A DNA stretch of 64,000 nt from Balanoglossus misakiensis (GCA_040954595.2 CM082576.2:18709028-18773027), one strand, 5' to 3'. Counted from the stretch's first letter, positions 1 through 14,507 are shown. Program-made: numbers and translations. Notes: generated from the letters alone by a model not told the origin.

Positions 1-2280
1 AAGCCGAAAATTTGTCATTTTTTGATGATTTTCACCATGATTTTTCTCAAAAATCGACGAAATTTTGAGATTTTGCAAAGTCGAAAATTTTTCATTTTTT
101 GATGATTTTCACCCATGATTTTTCTCAAAAATCGACGAAATTTTGAGATTTTGCAAAGTCGAAAATTTGTCATTTTTTGATGATTTTCACCCATGTTTTT
201 TTTCAAAATTGAACGAACCCATGATTTTTTTCAAAAATCGACGAAATTTTGAGATTTTGCAAAGTAGAAAATTTGTCATTTTTTGATGATTTTCACCCAT
301 GATTTTTTTCAAAAATCGACGAAATTTTGAGATTTTGCAAAGTCGAAAATTTGTCATTTTTTGATGATTTTCACCCATGATTTTTTTTTCAAAAACCGAC
401 AAAATTTTGAGATTTTGCAAAGTCGAAAATTTGTCATTTTTTGATTATTTTCACCCATGATTTTTTTCAAAAATCGACAAAATTTTTAGATTTTGCAAAG
501 TCGAAAATTTGTCATTTTTTGATGATTTTCACCATGATTTTTTTTTAAAAAATCGACGAAATTTTGAGATTTTGCAAAGTCGAAAATTTGTCATTTTTTG
601 ATGATTTTCACCCATGATTTTTTTTCAAAAATCGACGAAATTTGAGATTTTGCAAAGTCGAAAATTTGTCATTTTTTGATGATTTTCACCCATGATTTTT
701 TTCAAAAATCGACGAAATTTTGAGATTTTGCAAATTCGAAAATTTGTAATTTTTTGATGATTTTCACCCATGTTTTTTTTCAAAAATCAACGAACCCATG
801 ATTTTTTTTCAAAAATCGACCAAATTTTGGGATTTTGCAAAGACGAAAATTTGTCATTTTTTGATGATTTTCACCCATGATTTTTCTCAAAAATCGACGA
901 AATGTTGAGATTTTGCAAAGTCGAAAATTTGTCATTTTTTGATGATTTTCACCCATGATTTTTTTCAAAAATCGACGAAATTTGAGATTTTGCAAATTCG
1001 AAAATTTGTAATTTTTTGTTGATTTTCACCCTTTTTTTTCAAAAATCAACGAACCCATGATTTTTTTTCAAAAATCGACAAAATTTTGAGATTTTGCATA
1101 GCCGAAAATTTGTCATTTTTTGATGATTTTCACCCATGATTTTTCTCAAAAATCGACGAAATTTTGAGATTTTGCAAAGTCGAAAATTTGTCATTTTTTG
1201 ATGATTTTCACCCATGTTTTTTTTCAAAATTGAACGAACCCATGATTTTTTTCAAAAATCGACGAAATTTTGAGATTTTGCAAAGTAGAAAATTTGTCAT
1301 TTTTTGATGATTTTCACCCATGATTTTTTTCAAAAATCGACGAAATTTGGAGATTTTGCAAAGTCGAAAATTTGTCATTTTTTGATGATTTTCACCCATG
1401 ATTTTTTTTTCAAAAACCGACAAAATTTTGAGATTTTGCAAAGTCGAAAATTTGTCATTTTTTGATTATTTTCACCCATGATTTTTTTCAAAAATCGACA
1501 AAATTTTTAGATTTTGCAAAGTCGAAAATTTGTCATTTTTTGATGATTTTCACCATGATTTTTTTTTTAAAAATCGACGAAATTTTGAGATTTTGCAAAG
1601 TCGAAAATTTGTCATTTTTTGATGATTTTCACCCATGATTTTTTTCAAAAATCGACGAAATTTGAGATTTTGCAAAGTCGAAAATTTGTCATTTTTTGAT
1701 GATTTTCACCCATGATTTTTTTCAAAAATCGACGAAATTTGAGATTTTGCAAAGTCGAAAATTTGTCATTTTTTGATGATTTTCACCCATGATTTTTTTC
1801 AAAAATCGACGAAATTTTGAGATTTTGCAAATTCGAAAATTTGTAATTTTTTGATGATTTTCACCCATGTTTTTTTTCAAAAATCAACGAACACACATGA
1901 TTTTTTTTCAAAAATCGACCAAATTTTGGGATTTTGCAAAGACGAAAATTTGTCATTTTTTGATGATTTTCACCCATGATTTTTCTCAAAAATCGACGAA
2001 ATTTTGAGATTTTGCAAAGTCGAAAATTTGTCATTTTTTGATGATTTTCACCCATGATTTTTTTCAAAAATCGACGAAATTTGAGATTTTGCAAATTCGA
2101 AAATTTGTAATTTTTTGTTGATTTTCACCCTTTTTTTTCAAAAATCAACGAACCCATGATTTTTTTTCAAAAATCGACAAAATTTTGAGATTTTGTAAAG
2201 CCGAAAATTTGTCATTTTTTGATGATTTTCACCCATGATTTTTCTCAAAAATCGACGAAATTTTGAGATTTTGCAAAGTC
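1..2280. repeat. ~1.02-1.10 kb higher-order repeat, about 2 copies
   Basis: Private variants recur at fixed offsets: AAAGTAGAAA at 261/1282, AAAAACCGAC at 391/1412, and identical ORFs 187..420/1208..1441 (offset 1021). The GCCGAAAA marker occurs at 3, 1101 and 2200. Confidence 0.85.
190..217. repeat. Example of the 27-28 bp truncated sub-unit interspersed through the array, giving ~105-106 bp long monomers
   Basis: CCCATG-Tn-CAAAATTGAACGAA is followed directly by a new CCCATGA. A second form ends in CAAAAATCAACGAA (e.g. ~767-794). It appears in the ORF track as the 9-aa insert GSFNFEKNM and recurs every few monomers. Confidence 0.95.
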
Positions 2281-5200
2281 GAAAATTTTTCATTTTTTGA
2301 TGATATTCACCCATGATTTTTTTCAAAAATCTACGAAATTTTGAGATTTTGCAAAGTCGAAAATTTGTCATTTTTTGATGATTTTCACCCATGATTTTTT
2401 TCAAAAATCTACGAAATTTTGAGATTTTGCAAAGTCGAAAATTTGTCATTTATTGATGATTTTCACCCATGATTTTTTTTCAAAAATCGACAAAATTTTG
2501 AGATTTTGCAAAGTCGAAAATTTGTAATTTTTTGATGATTTTCACCCATGTTTTTTTTCAAAAATCAACGAACCCATGATTTTTTTCAAAAATCGACAAC
2601 ATTTTGAGATTTTGCAAAGTCGAAAATTTGTCATTTTTTGATGATTTTCACCCATGATTTTTCTCAAAAATCGACGAAATTTTGAGATTTTGCAAAGTCG
2701 AAAATTTTTCATTTTTTGATGATTTTCACCCATGATTTTTTTCAAAAATCTACGAAATTTTGAGATTTTGCAAAGTCGAAAATTTGTCATTTTTTGATGA
2801 TTTTCACCCATGATTTTTTTTCAAAAATCTGCGAAATTTTGAGATTTTGCAAAGTCGAAAATTTGTCATTTTTTGATGATTTTCACCCATGATTTTTTTT
2901 CAAAAAATCGACGAAATTTTGAGATTTTGCAAAGTCGAAAATTTGTCATTTTTTGATGATTTTCACCATGATTTTTTTTTTAAAATCGACGAAATTTTGA
3001 GATTTTGCAAAGTCGAAAATTTGTCATTTTTTGATGATTTTCACCCATGATTTTTTTCAAAAATCGACGAAATTTGAGATTTTGCAAAGTCGAAAATTTG
3101 TCATTTTTTGATGATTTTCACCCATGATTTTTTTCATAAATCGACGAAATTTTGAGATTTTGCAAAGTCGAAAATTTGTCATTTTTTGATGATTTTCACC
3201 CATGATTTTTTTCAAAAATCTACGAAATTTTGAGATTTTGCAAAGTCGAAAATTTGTCATTTTTTGATGATTTTCACCCATGATTTTTTTTCAAAAATCT
3301 GCGAAATTTTGAGATTTTGCAAAGTCGAAAATTTGTCATTTTTTGATGATTTTCACCCATGATTTTTTTTCAAAAAATCGACGAAATTTTGAGATTTTGC
3401 AAAGTCGAAAATTTGTCATTTTTAGATTATTTTCACCCATGATTTTTTTTTTCAAAAATCGACAAAATTTTGAGATTTTGCAAAGTCGAAAATTTGTCAT
3501 TTTTTGATGATTTTCACCATGATTTTTTTTTTAAAATCGACGAAATTTTGAGATTTTGCAAAGTCGAAAATTTGTCATTTTTTGATGATTTTCACCCATG
3601 ATTTTTTTCAAAAATCGACGAAATTTGAGATTTTGCAAAGTCGAAAATTTGTCATTTTTTGATGATTTTCACCCATGATTTTTTTCAAAAATCGACGAAA
3701 TTTTGAGATTTTGCAAATTCGAAAATTTGTACTTTTTTGATGATTTTCACCCATGTTTTTTTCAAAATTGAACGAACCCATGATTTTTTTTCAAAAATCG
3801 ACAAAATTTTGAGATTTTGCAAAGTCGAAAATTTGTCATTTTTTGATGATTTTCACCCATGATTTTTCTCAAAAATCAACGAAATTTTGAGATTTTGCAA
3901 AGTCGAAAATTTGTCATTTTTTGATGATTTTCACCCATGATTTTTTTTCAAAAATCGACGAAATTTTGAGATTTTGCAAAGTCGAAAATTTGTAATTTTT
4001 TGATGATTTTCACCCATGCTTTTTTTCAAAATTGAACGAACCCATGATTTTTTTTCAAAAAGCGACGAAATTTTGAGATTTTGCAAAGACGAAAATTTGT
4101 AATTTTTTGATGATTTTCACCCATGACTTTTTTTCAAAAATTTACGAAATTTTGAGATTTTGCAAAGTCGAAAATTTGTCATTTTTTGATGATTTTCACC
4201 CATGATTTTTCTCAAAAATCGACGAAATTTTGAGATTTTGGAAAGTCGAAAATTTGTCATTTTTTGATGATTTTCACCCATGATTTTTTTTCAAAAATTG
4301 ACGAAATTTTGAGATTTTGCAAAGTCGAAAATTTGTCATTTATTAATGATTTTCACCGATGATTTTTTTTTCAAAAATAGACAAAATTTTGAGATTTTGC
4401 AAAGTCGAAAATTTGTAATTTTTTGATGATTTTCACCCATGTTTTTTTCAAAATTGAACGAACCCATGATTTTTTTCAAAAATCGACGAAATTTTTAGAT
4501 TTTGCAAAGTCGAAAATTTGTCATTTTTTGATGATTTTCACCCATGATTTTTTTCAAAAATCGACGAAATTTTGAGATTATGCAAAGTTGAAAATTTGTC
4601 ATTTTTTGATGATTTTCACCCATGATTTTTTTCAAAAATCGACGAAATTTTTAGATTTTGCAAAGTCGAAAATTTGTAATTTTTTGATGATTTTTACCCA
4701 TGATTTTTTTTTTCAAAAATCGACAAAATTTTGAGATTTTGCAAAGACGAAAATTTGTAATTTTTTGATGATTTTCACCCATGACTTTTTTTCAAAAATT
4801 TACGAAATTTTGAGATTTTGCAAAGTCGAAAATTTGTCATTTTTTGATGATTTTCACCCATGTTTTTTTTTTCAAAAATCGACGAAATTTTGAGATTTTG
4901 CAAATTCGAAAATTTGTAATTTTTTGATGATTTTCACCCATGTTTTTTTTTTCAAAAATCGACGAAATTTTGAGATTTTGCAAATTCGAAAATTTGTAAT
5001 TTTTTGATGATTTTCACCCATGTTTTTTTTTCAAAAATCAACGAACCCATGATTTTTTTTCAAAAAAGGACAAAATTTTGAGATTTTGCAAAGTCGAAAA
5101 TTTGTCATTTTTTGATGATTTTCACCCATGATTTTTCTCAAAAATCGACGAAATTTTGAGATTTTGGAAAGTCGAAAATTTGTCATTTTTTGATGATTTT

Positions 5201-8200
5201 CACCCATGATTTTTTTTCAAAAATCGACGAAATTTTGAGATTTTGCAAAGTCGAAAATTTGTCATTTATTAATGATTTTCACCCATGATTATTTTTCAAA
5301 AATCGACAAAATTTTGAGATTTTGCAAAGTCGAAAATTTGTAATTTGTTGATGATTTTCACCCATGTTTTTTTTCAAAATTGAACGAACCCATGATTTTT
5401 TTCAAAAATCGACGAAATTTTGAGATTTTGCAAAGTCGAAAATTTGTGATTTTTTGATGATTTTCACCCATGATTTTTTCAAAAATCGACAAAATTTTTA
5501 GATTTTGCAAAGTCGAAAATTTGTCATTTTTTGATTATTTTCACCCATGATTTTTTTCAAAAATCGACAAAATTTTTAGATTTTGCAAAGTCGAAAATTT
5601 GTCATTTTTTGATGATTTTCACCATGATTTTTTTTTTAAAAATCGACGAAATTTTGAGATTTTGCAAAGACGAAAATTTGTCATTTTTTGATGATTTTCA
5701 CCCATGATTTTTTTTCAAAAATGTACGAAATTTAGAGATTTTGCAAAGTCGAAAATTTGTCATTTTTTGATGATTTTCACCCATGATTTTTTTCAAAAAT
5801 CGACAAAATTTTGAGATTTTGCAAAGACGAAAATTTGTCATTTTTTGATGATTTTCACCCATGATTTTTTTCAAAAGTCGACGAAATTTTGAGATTTTGC
5901 AAAGACAAAAATTTTTCATTTTTTGATGATTTTCACCCGTGATTTTTTTCAAAAATCGACAAAATTTTGAGATTTTGCAAAGTCGAAAATTTGACATTTT
6001 TTGATGATTTTCACCCATGTTTTTTTTCAAAAATCAACGAACCCATGATTTTTTTTTCAAAAATCGACGAAATTTAGAGATTTTGCAAAGTCGAAAATTT
6101 GTCATTTCTTAATGATTTTCACCCATGTTTTTTTTTCAAAAATCGACAAAATTTTGAGATTTTGCAAAGTCGAAAATTTGTAATTTTTTGATGATTTTCA
6201 CCAATGTTTTTTTTTAAAAATCAACGAACCCATGATTTTTTTCAAAAATTGACAACATTTTGAGATTTTGCAAAGTCGAAAATTTGTCATTTTTTGATGA
6301 TTTTCACCCATGATTTTTTTCAAAAATCGACAAAATTTTTAGATTTTGCAAAGTCGAAAATTTGTCATTTTTTGATGATTTTCACCCATGATTTTTTTCA
6401 AAAATCGACGAAATTTTGAGATTTTGCAAATTCGAAAATTTGTAATTTTTTGATGATTTTCACCCATGTTTTTTTTCAAAAATCAACGAACCCATGATTT
6501 TTTTTCAAAAATCGACCAAATTTTGGGATTTTGCAAAGACGAAAATTTGTCATTTTTTGATGATTTTCACCCATGATTTTTCTCAAAAATCGACGAAATT
6601 TTGAGATTTTGCAAAGTCGAAAATTTGTCATTTTTTGATGATTTTCACCCATGATTTTTTTCAAAAATCGACGAAATTTGAGATTTTGCAAATTCGAAAA
6701 TTTGTAATTTTTTGTTGATTTTCACCCTTTTTTTTCAAAAATCAACGAACCCATGATTTTTTTTCAAAAATAGACAAAATTTTGAGATTTTGCAAAGTCG
6801 AAAATTTGTAATTTTTTGATGATTTTCACCCATGTTTTTTTCAAAATTGAACGAACCCATGATTTTTTTCAAAAATCGACGAAATTTTTAGATTTTGCAA
6901 AGTCGAAAATTTGTCATTTTTTGATGATTTTCACCCATGATTTTTTTCAAAAATCGACGAATTTTTGAGATTTTGCAAAGTCGAAAATTTGTCATTTTTT
7001 GATGATTTTCACCCAAGACTTTTTTTCAAAAATTTACGAAATTTTGAGATTTTGCAAAGTCGAAAATTTGTCATTTTTTGATGATTTTCACCCATGTTTT
7101 TTTTATTCAAAAATCGACGAAATTTTGAGATTTTGCAAATTCGAAAATTTGTAATTTTTTGATGATTTTCACCCGTTTTTTTTCAAAAATCAACGAACCC
7201 ATGATTTTTTTTCAAAAGAGGACAACATTTTGAGATTTTGCAAAGTCGAAAATTTGTCATTTTTTGATGATTTTCACCCATGATTTTTTTCAAAAATCGA
7301 CGAAATTTTGAGATTTTGCAAAGTCGAAAATTTGTCATTTTTTGATGATTTTCACCCATGATTTTTTTTCAAAAATCGACGAAATTTTGATATTTTGCAA
7401 AGTCGAAAATTTGTCATTTATTAATGATTTTCACCCATGATTTTTTTTCAAAAATCGACAAAATTTTGAGATTTTGCAAAGTCGAAAATTTGTAATTTTT
7501 TGATGATTTTCACCCATGTTTTTTTTCAAAATTGAACGAACCCATGATTTTTTTCAAAAATCGACGAAATTTTGAGATTTTGCAAAGTCGAAAATTTGTC
7601 ATTTTTTGATGATTTTCACCCATGATTTTTTTCAAAAATCGACACAATTTTTAGATTTTGCAAAGTCGAAAATTTGTCATTTTTTGATTATTTTCACCCA
7701 TGATTTTTTTCAAAAATCGACAAAATTTTTAGATTTTGCAAAGTCGAAAATTTGTCATTTTTTGATGATTTTCACCATGATTTTTTTTAAAAAATCGACG
7801 AAATTTTGAGATTTTGCAAAGACGAAAATTTGTCATTTTTTGATGATTTTCACCCATGTTTTTTTTCAAAAATCAACGAACCCATAATTTTTTTTCAAAA
7901 AAGGACAACATTTTGAGATTTTGCAAAGTCGAAAATTTGTCATTTTTTGATGATTTTCACCCATGATTTTTCTCAAAAATCGACGAAATTTTGAGATTTT
8001 GGAAAGTCGAAAATTTGTCATTTTTTGATGATTTTCACCCATGATTTTTTTTCAAAAATTGACGAAATTTTGAGATTTTGCAAAGTCGAAAATTTGTCAT
8101 TTTTTGATGATTTTCACCCATGTTTTTTTCAAAATTGAACGAACCCATGATTTTTTTCAAAAATCGACGAAATTTGTAGATTTTGCAAAGTCGAAAATTT

Positions 8201-11200
8201 GTCATTTTTTGATGATTTTCACCCATGATTTTTTTCAACAATCGACGAAATTTTGAGATTTTGCAAAGTCGAAAATTTGTCATTTTTTGATGATTTTCAC
8301 CCAAGACTTTTTTTCAAAAATTTACGAAATTTTGAGATTTTGCAAAGTCGAAAATTTGTCATTTTTTGATGATTTTCATCCATGTTTTTTTTTTTCAAAA
8401 ATCGACGAAATTTTGAGATTTTGTAAATTCGAAAATTTGTAATTTTTTGATGATTTTCACCCATGTTTTTTTTCAAAAATCAACGAACCCATGATTTTTT
8501 TTCAAAAGAGGACAACATTTTGAGATTTTGCAAAGTCGAAAATTTGTCATTTTTTGATGATTTTCACCCATGATTTTTTTCAAAAATCGACGAAATTTTG
8601 AGATTTTGCAAAGTCGAAAATTTGTCATTTTTTGATGATTTTCACCCATGATTTTTTTTCAAAAATCGACGAAATTTTGAGATTTTGCAAAGTCGAAAAT
8701 TTGTCATTTATTAATGATTTTCACCCATGATTTTTTTTCAAAAATCGACAAAATTTTGAGATTTTGCAAAGTCGAAAATTTGTAATTTTTTGATGATTTT
8801 CACCCATGTTTTTTTCAAAATTGAACGAACCCATGATTTTTTTCAAAAATCGACGAAATTTTTAGATTTTGCAAAGTCGAAAATTTGTCATTTTTTGATG
8901 ATTTTCACCCATGATTTTTTTCAACAATCGACGAAATTTTGAGATTTTGCAAAGTCGAAAATTTGTCATTTTTTGATGATTTTCACCCAAGACTTTTTTT
9001 CAAAAATTTACGAAATTTTGAGATTTTGCAAAGTCGAAAATTTGTCATTTTTTGATGATTTTCACCCATGTTTTTTTTTTCAAAAATCGACGAAATTTTG
9101 AGATTTTGTAAATTCGAAAATTTGTAATTTTTTGATGATTTTCACCCATGTTTTTTTTCAAAAATCAACGAACCCATGATTTTTTTTCAAAAGAGGACAA
9201 CATTTTGAGATTTTGCAAAGTCGAAAATTTGTCATTTTTTGATGATTTTCACCCATGATTTTTTTTCAAAAATCGACGAAATTTTGAGATTTTGCAAAGT
9301 CGAAAATTTGTCATTTATTAATGATTTTCACCCATGATTTTTTTCAAAATTGAACGAACCCATGATTTTTTTCAAAAATCGACGAAATTTTGAGATTTTG
9401 CAAAGTCGAAAATTTGTCATTTTTTGATGATTTTCACCCATGATTTTTTTCAAAAATCGACAAAATTTTTATATTTTGCAAAGTCGAAAATTTGTCATTT
9501 TTTGATTATTTTCACCCATGATTTTTTTCAAAAATCGACAAAATTTTTAGATTTTGCAAAGTCGAAAATTTGTCATTTTTTGATGATTTTCACCATGATT
9601 TTTTTTTAAAAATCGACGAAATTTTGAGATTTTGCAAAGACGAAAATTTGTCATTTTTTGATGATTTTCACCCATGTTTTTTTTCAAAAATCAACGAACC
9701 CATGATTTTTTTTTCAAAAAAGGACAAAATTTTGAGATTTTGCAAAGTCGAAAATTTGTCATTTATTAATGATTTTCACCCATGATTTTTTTTCAAAAAT
9801 CGACAAAATTTTGAGATTTTGCAAAGTCGAAAATTTGTAATTTTTTGATGATTTTCACCCATGTTTTTTTTCAAAATTGAACGAACCCATGATTTTTTTC
9901 AAAAATCGACGAAATTTTGAGATTTTGCAAAGTCGAAAATTTGTCATTTTTTGATGATTTTCACCCATGATTTTTTTCAAAAATCGACAAAATTTTTAGA
10001 TTTTGCAAAGTCGAAAATTTGTCATTTTTTGATGATTTTCACCCATGATTTTTTTCAAAAATCGACGAAATTTTGAGATTTTGCAAATTCGAAAATTTGT
10101 AATTTTTTGATGATTTTCACCCATGTTTTTTTTCAAAAATCAACGAACCCATGATTTTTTTTCAAAAATCGACCAAATTTTGGGATTTTGCAAAGACGAA
10201 AATTTGTCATTTTTTGATGATTTTCACCCATGATTTTTCTCAAAAATCGACGAAATTTTGAGATTTTGCAAAGTCGAAAATTTGTGATTTTTTGATGATT
10301 TTCACCCATGATTTTTTTCAAAAATCGACAAAATTTTTAGATTTTGCAAAGTCGAAAATTTGTCATTTTTTGATTATTTTCACCCATGATTTTTTTCAAA
10401 AATCGACAAAATTTTTAGATTTTGCAAAGTCGAAAATTTGTCATTTTTTGATGATTTTCACCATGATTTTTTTTTTAAAAATCGACGAAATTTTGAGATT
10501 TTGCAAAGACGAAAATTTGTCATTTTTTGATGATTTTCACCCATGATTTTTTTTCAAAAATGTACGAAATTTTGAGATTTTGCAAAGTCGAAAATTTGTC
10601 ATTTTTTGATGATTTTCACCCATGATTTTTTTCAAAAATCGACAAAATTTTGAGATTTTGCAAAGACGAAAATTTGTCATTTTTTGATGATTTTCACCCA
10701 TGATTTTTTTCAAAAGTCGACGAAATTTTGAGATTTTGCAAAGACAAAAATTTTTCATTTTTTGATGATTTTCACCCGTGATTTTTTTCAAAAATCGACA
10801 AAATTTTGAGATTTTGCAAAGTCGAAAATTTGACATTTTTTGATGATTTTCACCCATGTTTTTTTTCAAAAATCAACGAACCCATGATTTTTTTTTCAAA
10901 AATCGACGAAATTTAGAGATTTTGCAAAGTCGAAAATTTGTCATTTCTTAATGATTTTCACCCATGTTTTTTTTTCAAAAATCGACAAAATTTTGAGATT
11001 TTGCAAAGTCGAAAATTTGTAATTTTTTGATGATTTTCACCAATGTTTTTTTTTAAAAATCAACGAACCCATGATTTTTTTCAAAAATTGACAACATTTT
11101 GAGATTTTGCAAAGTCGAAAATTTGTCATTTTTTGATGATTTTCACCCATGATTTTTTTCAAAAATCGACAAAATTTTTAGATTTTGCAAAGTCGAAAAT

Positions 11201-14200
11201 TTGTCATTTTTTGATGATTTTCACCCATGATTTTTTTCAAAAATCGACGAAATTTTGAGATTTTGCAAATTCGAAAATTTGTAATTTTTTGATGATTTTC
11301 ACCCATGTTTTTTTTCAAAAATCAACGAACCCATGATTTTTTTTCAAAAATCGACCAAATTTTGGGATTTTGCAAAGACGAAAATTTGTCATTTTTTGAT
11401 GATTTTCACCCATGATTTTTCTCAAAAATCGACGAAATTTTGAGATTTTGCAAAGTCGAAAATTTGTCATTTTTTGATGATTTTCACCCATGATTTTTTT
11501 CAAAAATCGACGAAATTTGAGATTTTGCAAATTCGAAAATTTGTAATTTTTTGTTGATTTTCACCCTTTTTTTTCAAAAATCAACGAACCCATGATTTTT
11601 TTTCAAAAATAGACAAAATTTTGAGATTTTGCAAAGTCGAAAATTTGTAATTTTTTGATGATTTTCACCCATGTTTTTTTCAAAATTGAACGAACCCATG
11701 ATTTTTTTCAAAAATCGACGAAATTTTTAGATTTTGCAAAGTCGAAAATTTGTCATTTTTTGATGATTTTCACCCATGATTTTTTTCAAAAATCGACGAA
11801 TTTTTGAGATTTTGCAAAGACGAAAATTTGTCATTTTTTGATGATTTTCACCCAAGACTTTTTTTCAAAAATTTACGAAATTTTGAGATTTTGCAAAGTC
11901 GAAAATTTGTCATTTTTTGATGATTTTCACCCATGTTTTTTTTATTCAAAAATCGACGAAATTTTGAGATTTTGCAAATTCGAAAATTTGTAATTTTTTG
12001 ATGATTTTCACCCGTTTTTTTTCAAAAATCAACGAACCCATGATTTTTTTTCAAAAGAGGACAACATTTTGAGATTTTGCAAAGTCGAAAATTTGTCATT
12101 TTTTGATGATTTTCACCCATGATTTTTTTCAAAAATCGACGAAATTTTGAGATTTTGCAAAGTCGAAAATTTGTCATTTTTTGATGATTTTCACCCATGA
12201 TTTTTTTTCAAAAATCGACGAAATTTTGATATTTTGCAAAGTCGAAAATTTGTCATTTATTAATGATTTTCACCCATGATTTTTTTTCAAAAATCGACAA
12301 AATTTTGAGATTTTGCAAAGTCGAAAATTTGTAATTTTTTGATGATTTTCACCCATGTTTTTTTTCAAAATTGAACGAACCCATGATTTTTTTCAAAAAT
12401 CGACGAAATTTTGAGATTTTGCAAAGTCGAAAATTTGTCATTTTTTGATGATTTTCACCCATGATTTTTTTCAAAAATCGACACAATTTTTAGATTTTGC
12501 AAAGTCGAAAATTTGTCATTTTTTGATTATTTTCACCCATGATTTTTTTCAAAAATCGACGAAATTTTTAGATTTTGCAAAGACGAAAATTTGTCATTTT
12601 TTGATGATTTTCACCCATGTTTTTTTTCAAAAATCAACGAACCCATAATTTTTTTTCAAAAAAGGACAACATTTTGAGATTTTGCAAAGTCGAAAATTTG
12701 TCATTTTTTGATGATTTTCACCCATGATTTTTCTCAAAAATCGACGAAATTTTGAGATTTTGGAAAGTCGAAAATTTGTCATTTTTTGATGATTTTCACC
12801 CATGATTTTTTTTCAAAAATTGACGAAATTTTGAGATTTTGCAAAGTCGAAAATTTGTCATTTTTTGATGATTTTCACCCATGTTTTTTTCAAAATTGAA
12901 CGAACCCATGATTTTTTTCAAAAATCGACGAAATTTGTAGATTTTGCAAAGTCGAAAATTTGTCATTTTTTGATGATTTTCACCCATGATTTTTTTCAAC
13001 AATCGACGAAATTTTGAGATTTTGCAAAGTCGAAAATTTGTCATTTTTTGATGATTTTCACCCAAGACTTTTTTTCAAAAATTTACGAAATTTTGAGATT
13101 TTGCAAAGTCGAAAATTTGTCATTTTTTGATGATTTTCACCCATGTTTTTTTTTTTCAAAAATCGACGAAATTTTGAGATTTTGTAAATTCGAAAATTTG
13201 TAATTTTTTGATGATTTTCACCCATGTTTTTTTTCAAAAATCAACGAACCCATGATTTTTTTTCAAAAGAGGACAACATTTTGAGATTTTGCAAAGTCGA
13301 AAATTTGTCATTTTTTGATGATTTTCACCCATGATTTTTTTCAAAAATCGACGAAATTTTGAGATTTTGCAAAGTCGAAAATTTGTCATTTTTTGATGAT
13401 TTTCACCCATGATTTTTTTTCAAAAATCGACGAAATTTTGAGATTTTGCAAAGTCGAAAATTTGTCATTTATTAATGATTTTCACCCATGATTTTTTTTC
13501 AAAAATCGACAAAATTTTGAGATTTTGCAAAGTCGAAAATTTGTAATTTTTTGATGATTTTCACCCATGTTTTTTTCAAAATTGAACGAACCCATGATTT
13601 TTTTCAAAAATCGACGAAATTTTTAGATTTTGCAAAGTCGAAAATTTGTCATTTTTTGATGATTTTCACCCATGATTTTTTTCAACAATCGACGAAATTT
13701 TGAGATTTTGCAAAGTCGAAAATTTGTCATTTTTTGATGATTTTCACCCAAGACTTTTTTTCAAAAATTTACGAAATTTTGAGATTTTGCAAAGTCGAAA
13801 ATTTGTCATTTTTTGATGATTTTCACCCATGTTTTTTTTTTCAAAAATCGACGAAATTTTGAGATTTTGTAAATTCGAAAATTTGTAATTTTTTGATGAT
13901 TTTCACCCATGTTTTTTTTCAAAAATCAACGAACCCATGATTTTTTTTCAAAAGAGGACAACATTTTGAGATTTTGCAAAGTCGAAAATTTGTCATTTTT
14001 TGATGATTTTCACCCATGATTTTTATTCAAAAATCGACGAAATTTTGAGATTTTGCAAAGTCGAAAATTTGTCATTTATTAATGATTTTCACCCATGATT
14101 TTTTTCAAAATTGAACGAACCCATGATTTTTTTCAAAAATCGACGAAATTTTGAGATTTTGCAAAGTCGAAAATTTGTCATTTTTTGATGATTTTCACCC

Positions 14201-14507
14201 ATGATTTTTTTCAAAAATCGACAAAATTTTTATATTTTGCAAAGTCGAAAATTTGTCATTTTTTGATTATTTTCACCCATGATTTTTTTCAAAAATCGAC
14301 AAAATTTTTAGATTTTGCAAAGTCGAAAATTTGTCATTTTTTGATGATTTTCACCATGATTTTTTTTTAAAAATCGACGAAATTTTGAGATTTTGCAAAG
14401 ACGAAAATTTGTCATTTTTTGATGATTTTCACCCATGTTTTTTTTCAAAAATCAACGAACCCATGATTTTTTTTTCAAAAAAGGACAAAATTTTGAGATT
14501 TTGCAAA

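Noticed and set aside
117-133. Rho-independent terminators or promoters suggested by hairpins and T-runs
   Set aside because: The stems are short and AT-only apart from the closing pair, recur in every monomer and have no associated genes.
1888-1900. Singleton oddities such as GAACACACATGA (~1889) and the deletion junction GTCGTTTTTTTTCAAAAATCAACG (~63040)
   Set aside because: These are single occurrences that cannot be distinguished from slippage or sequencing error without reads.
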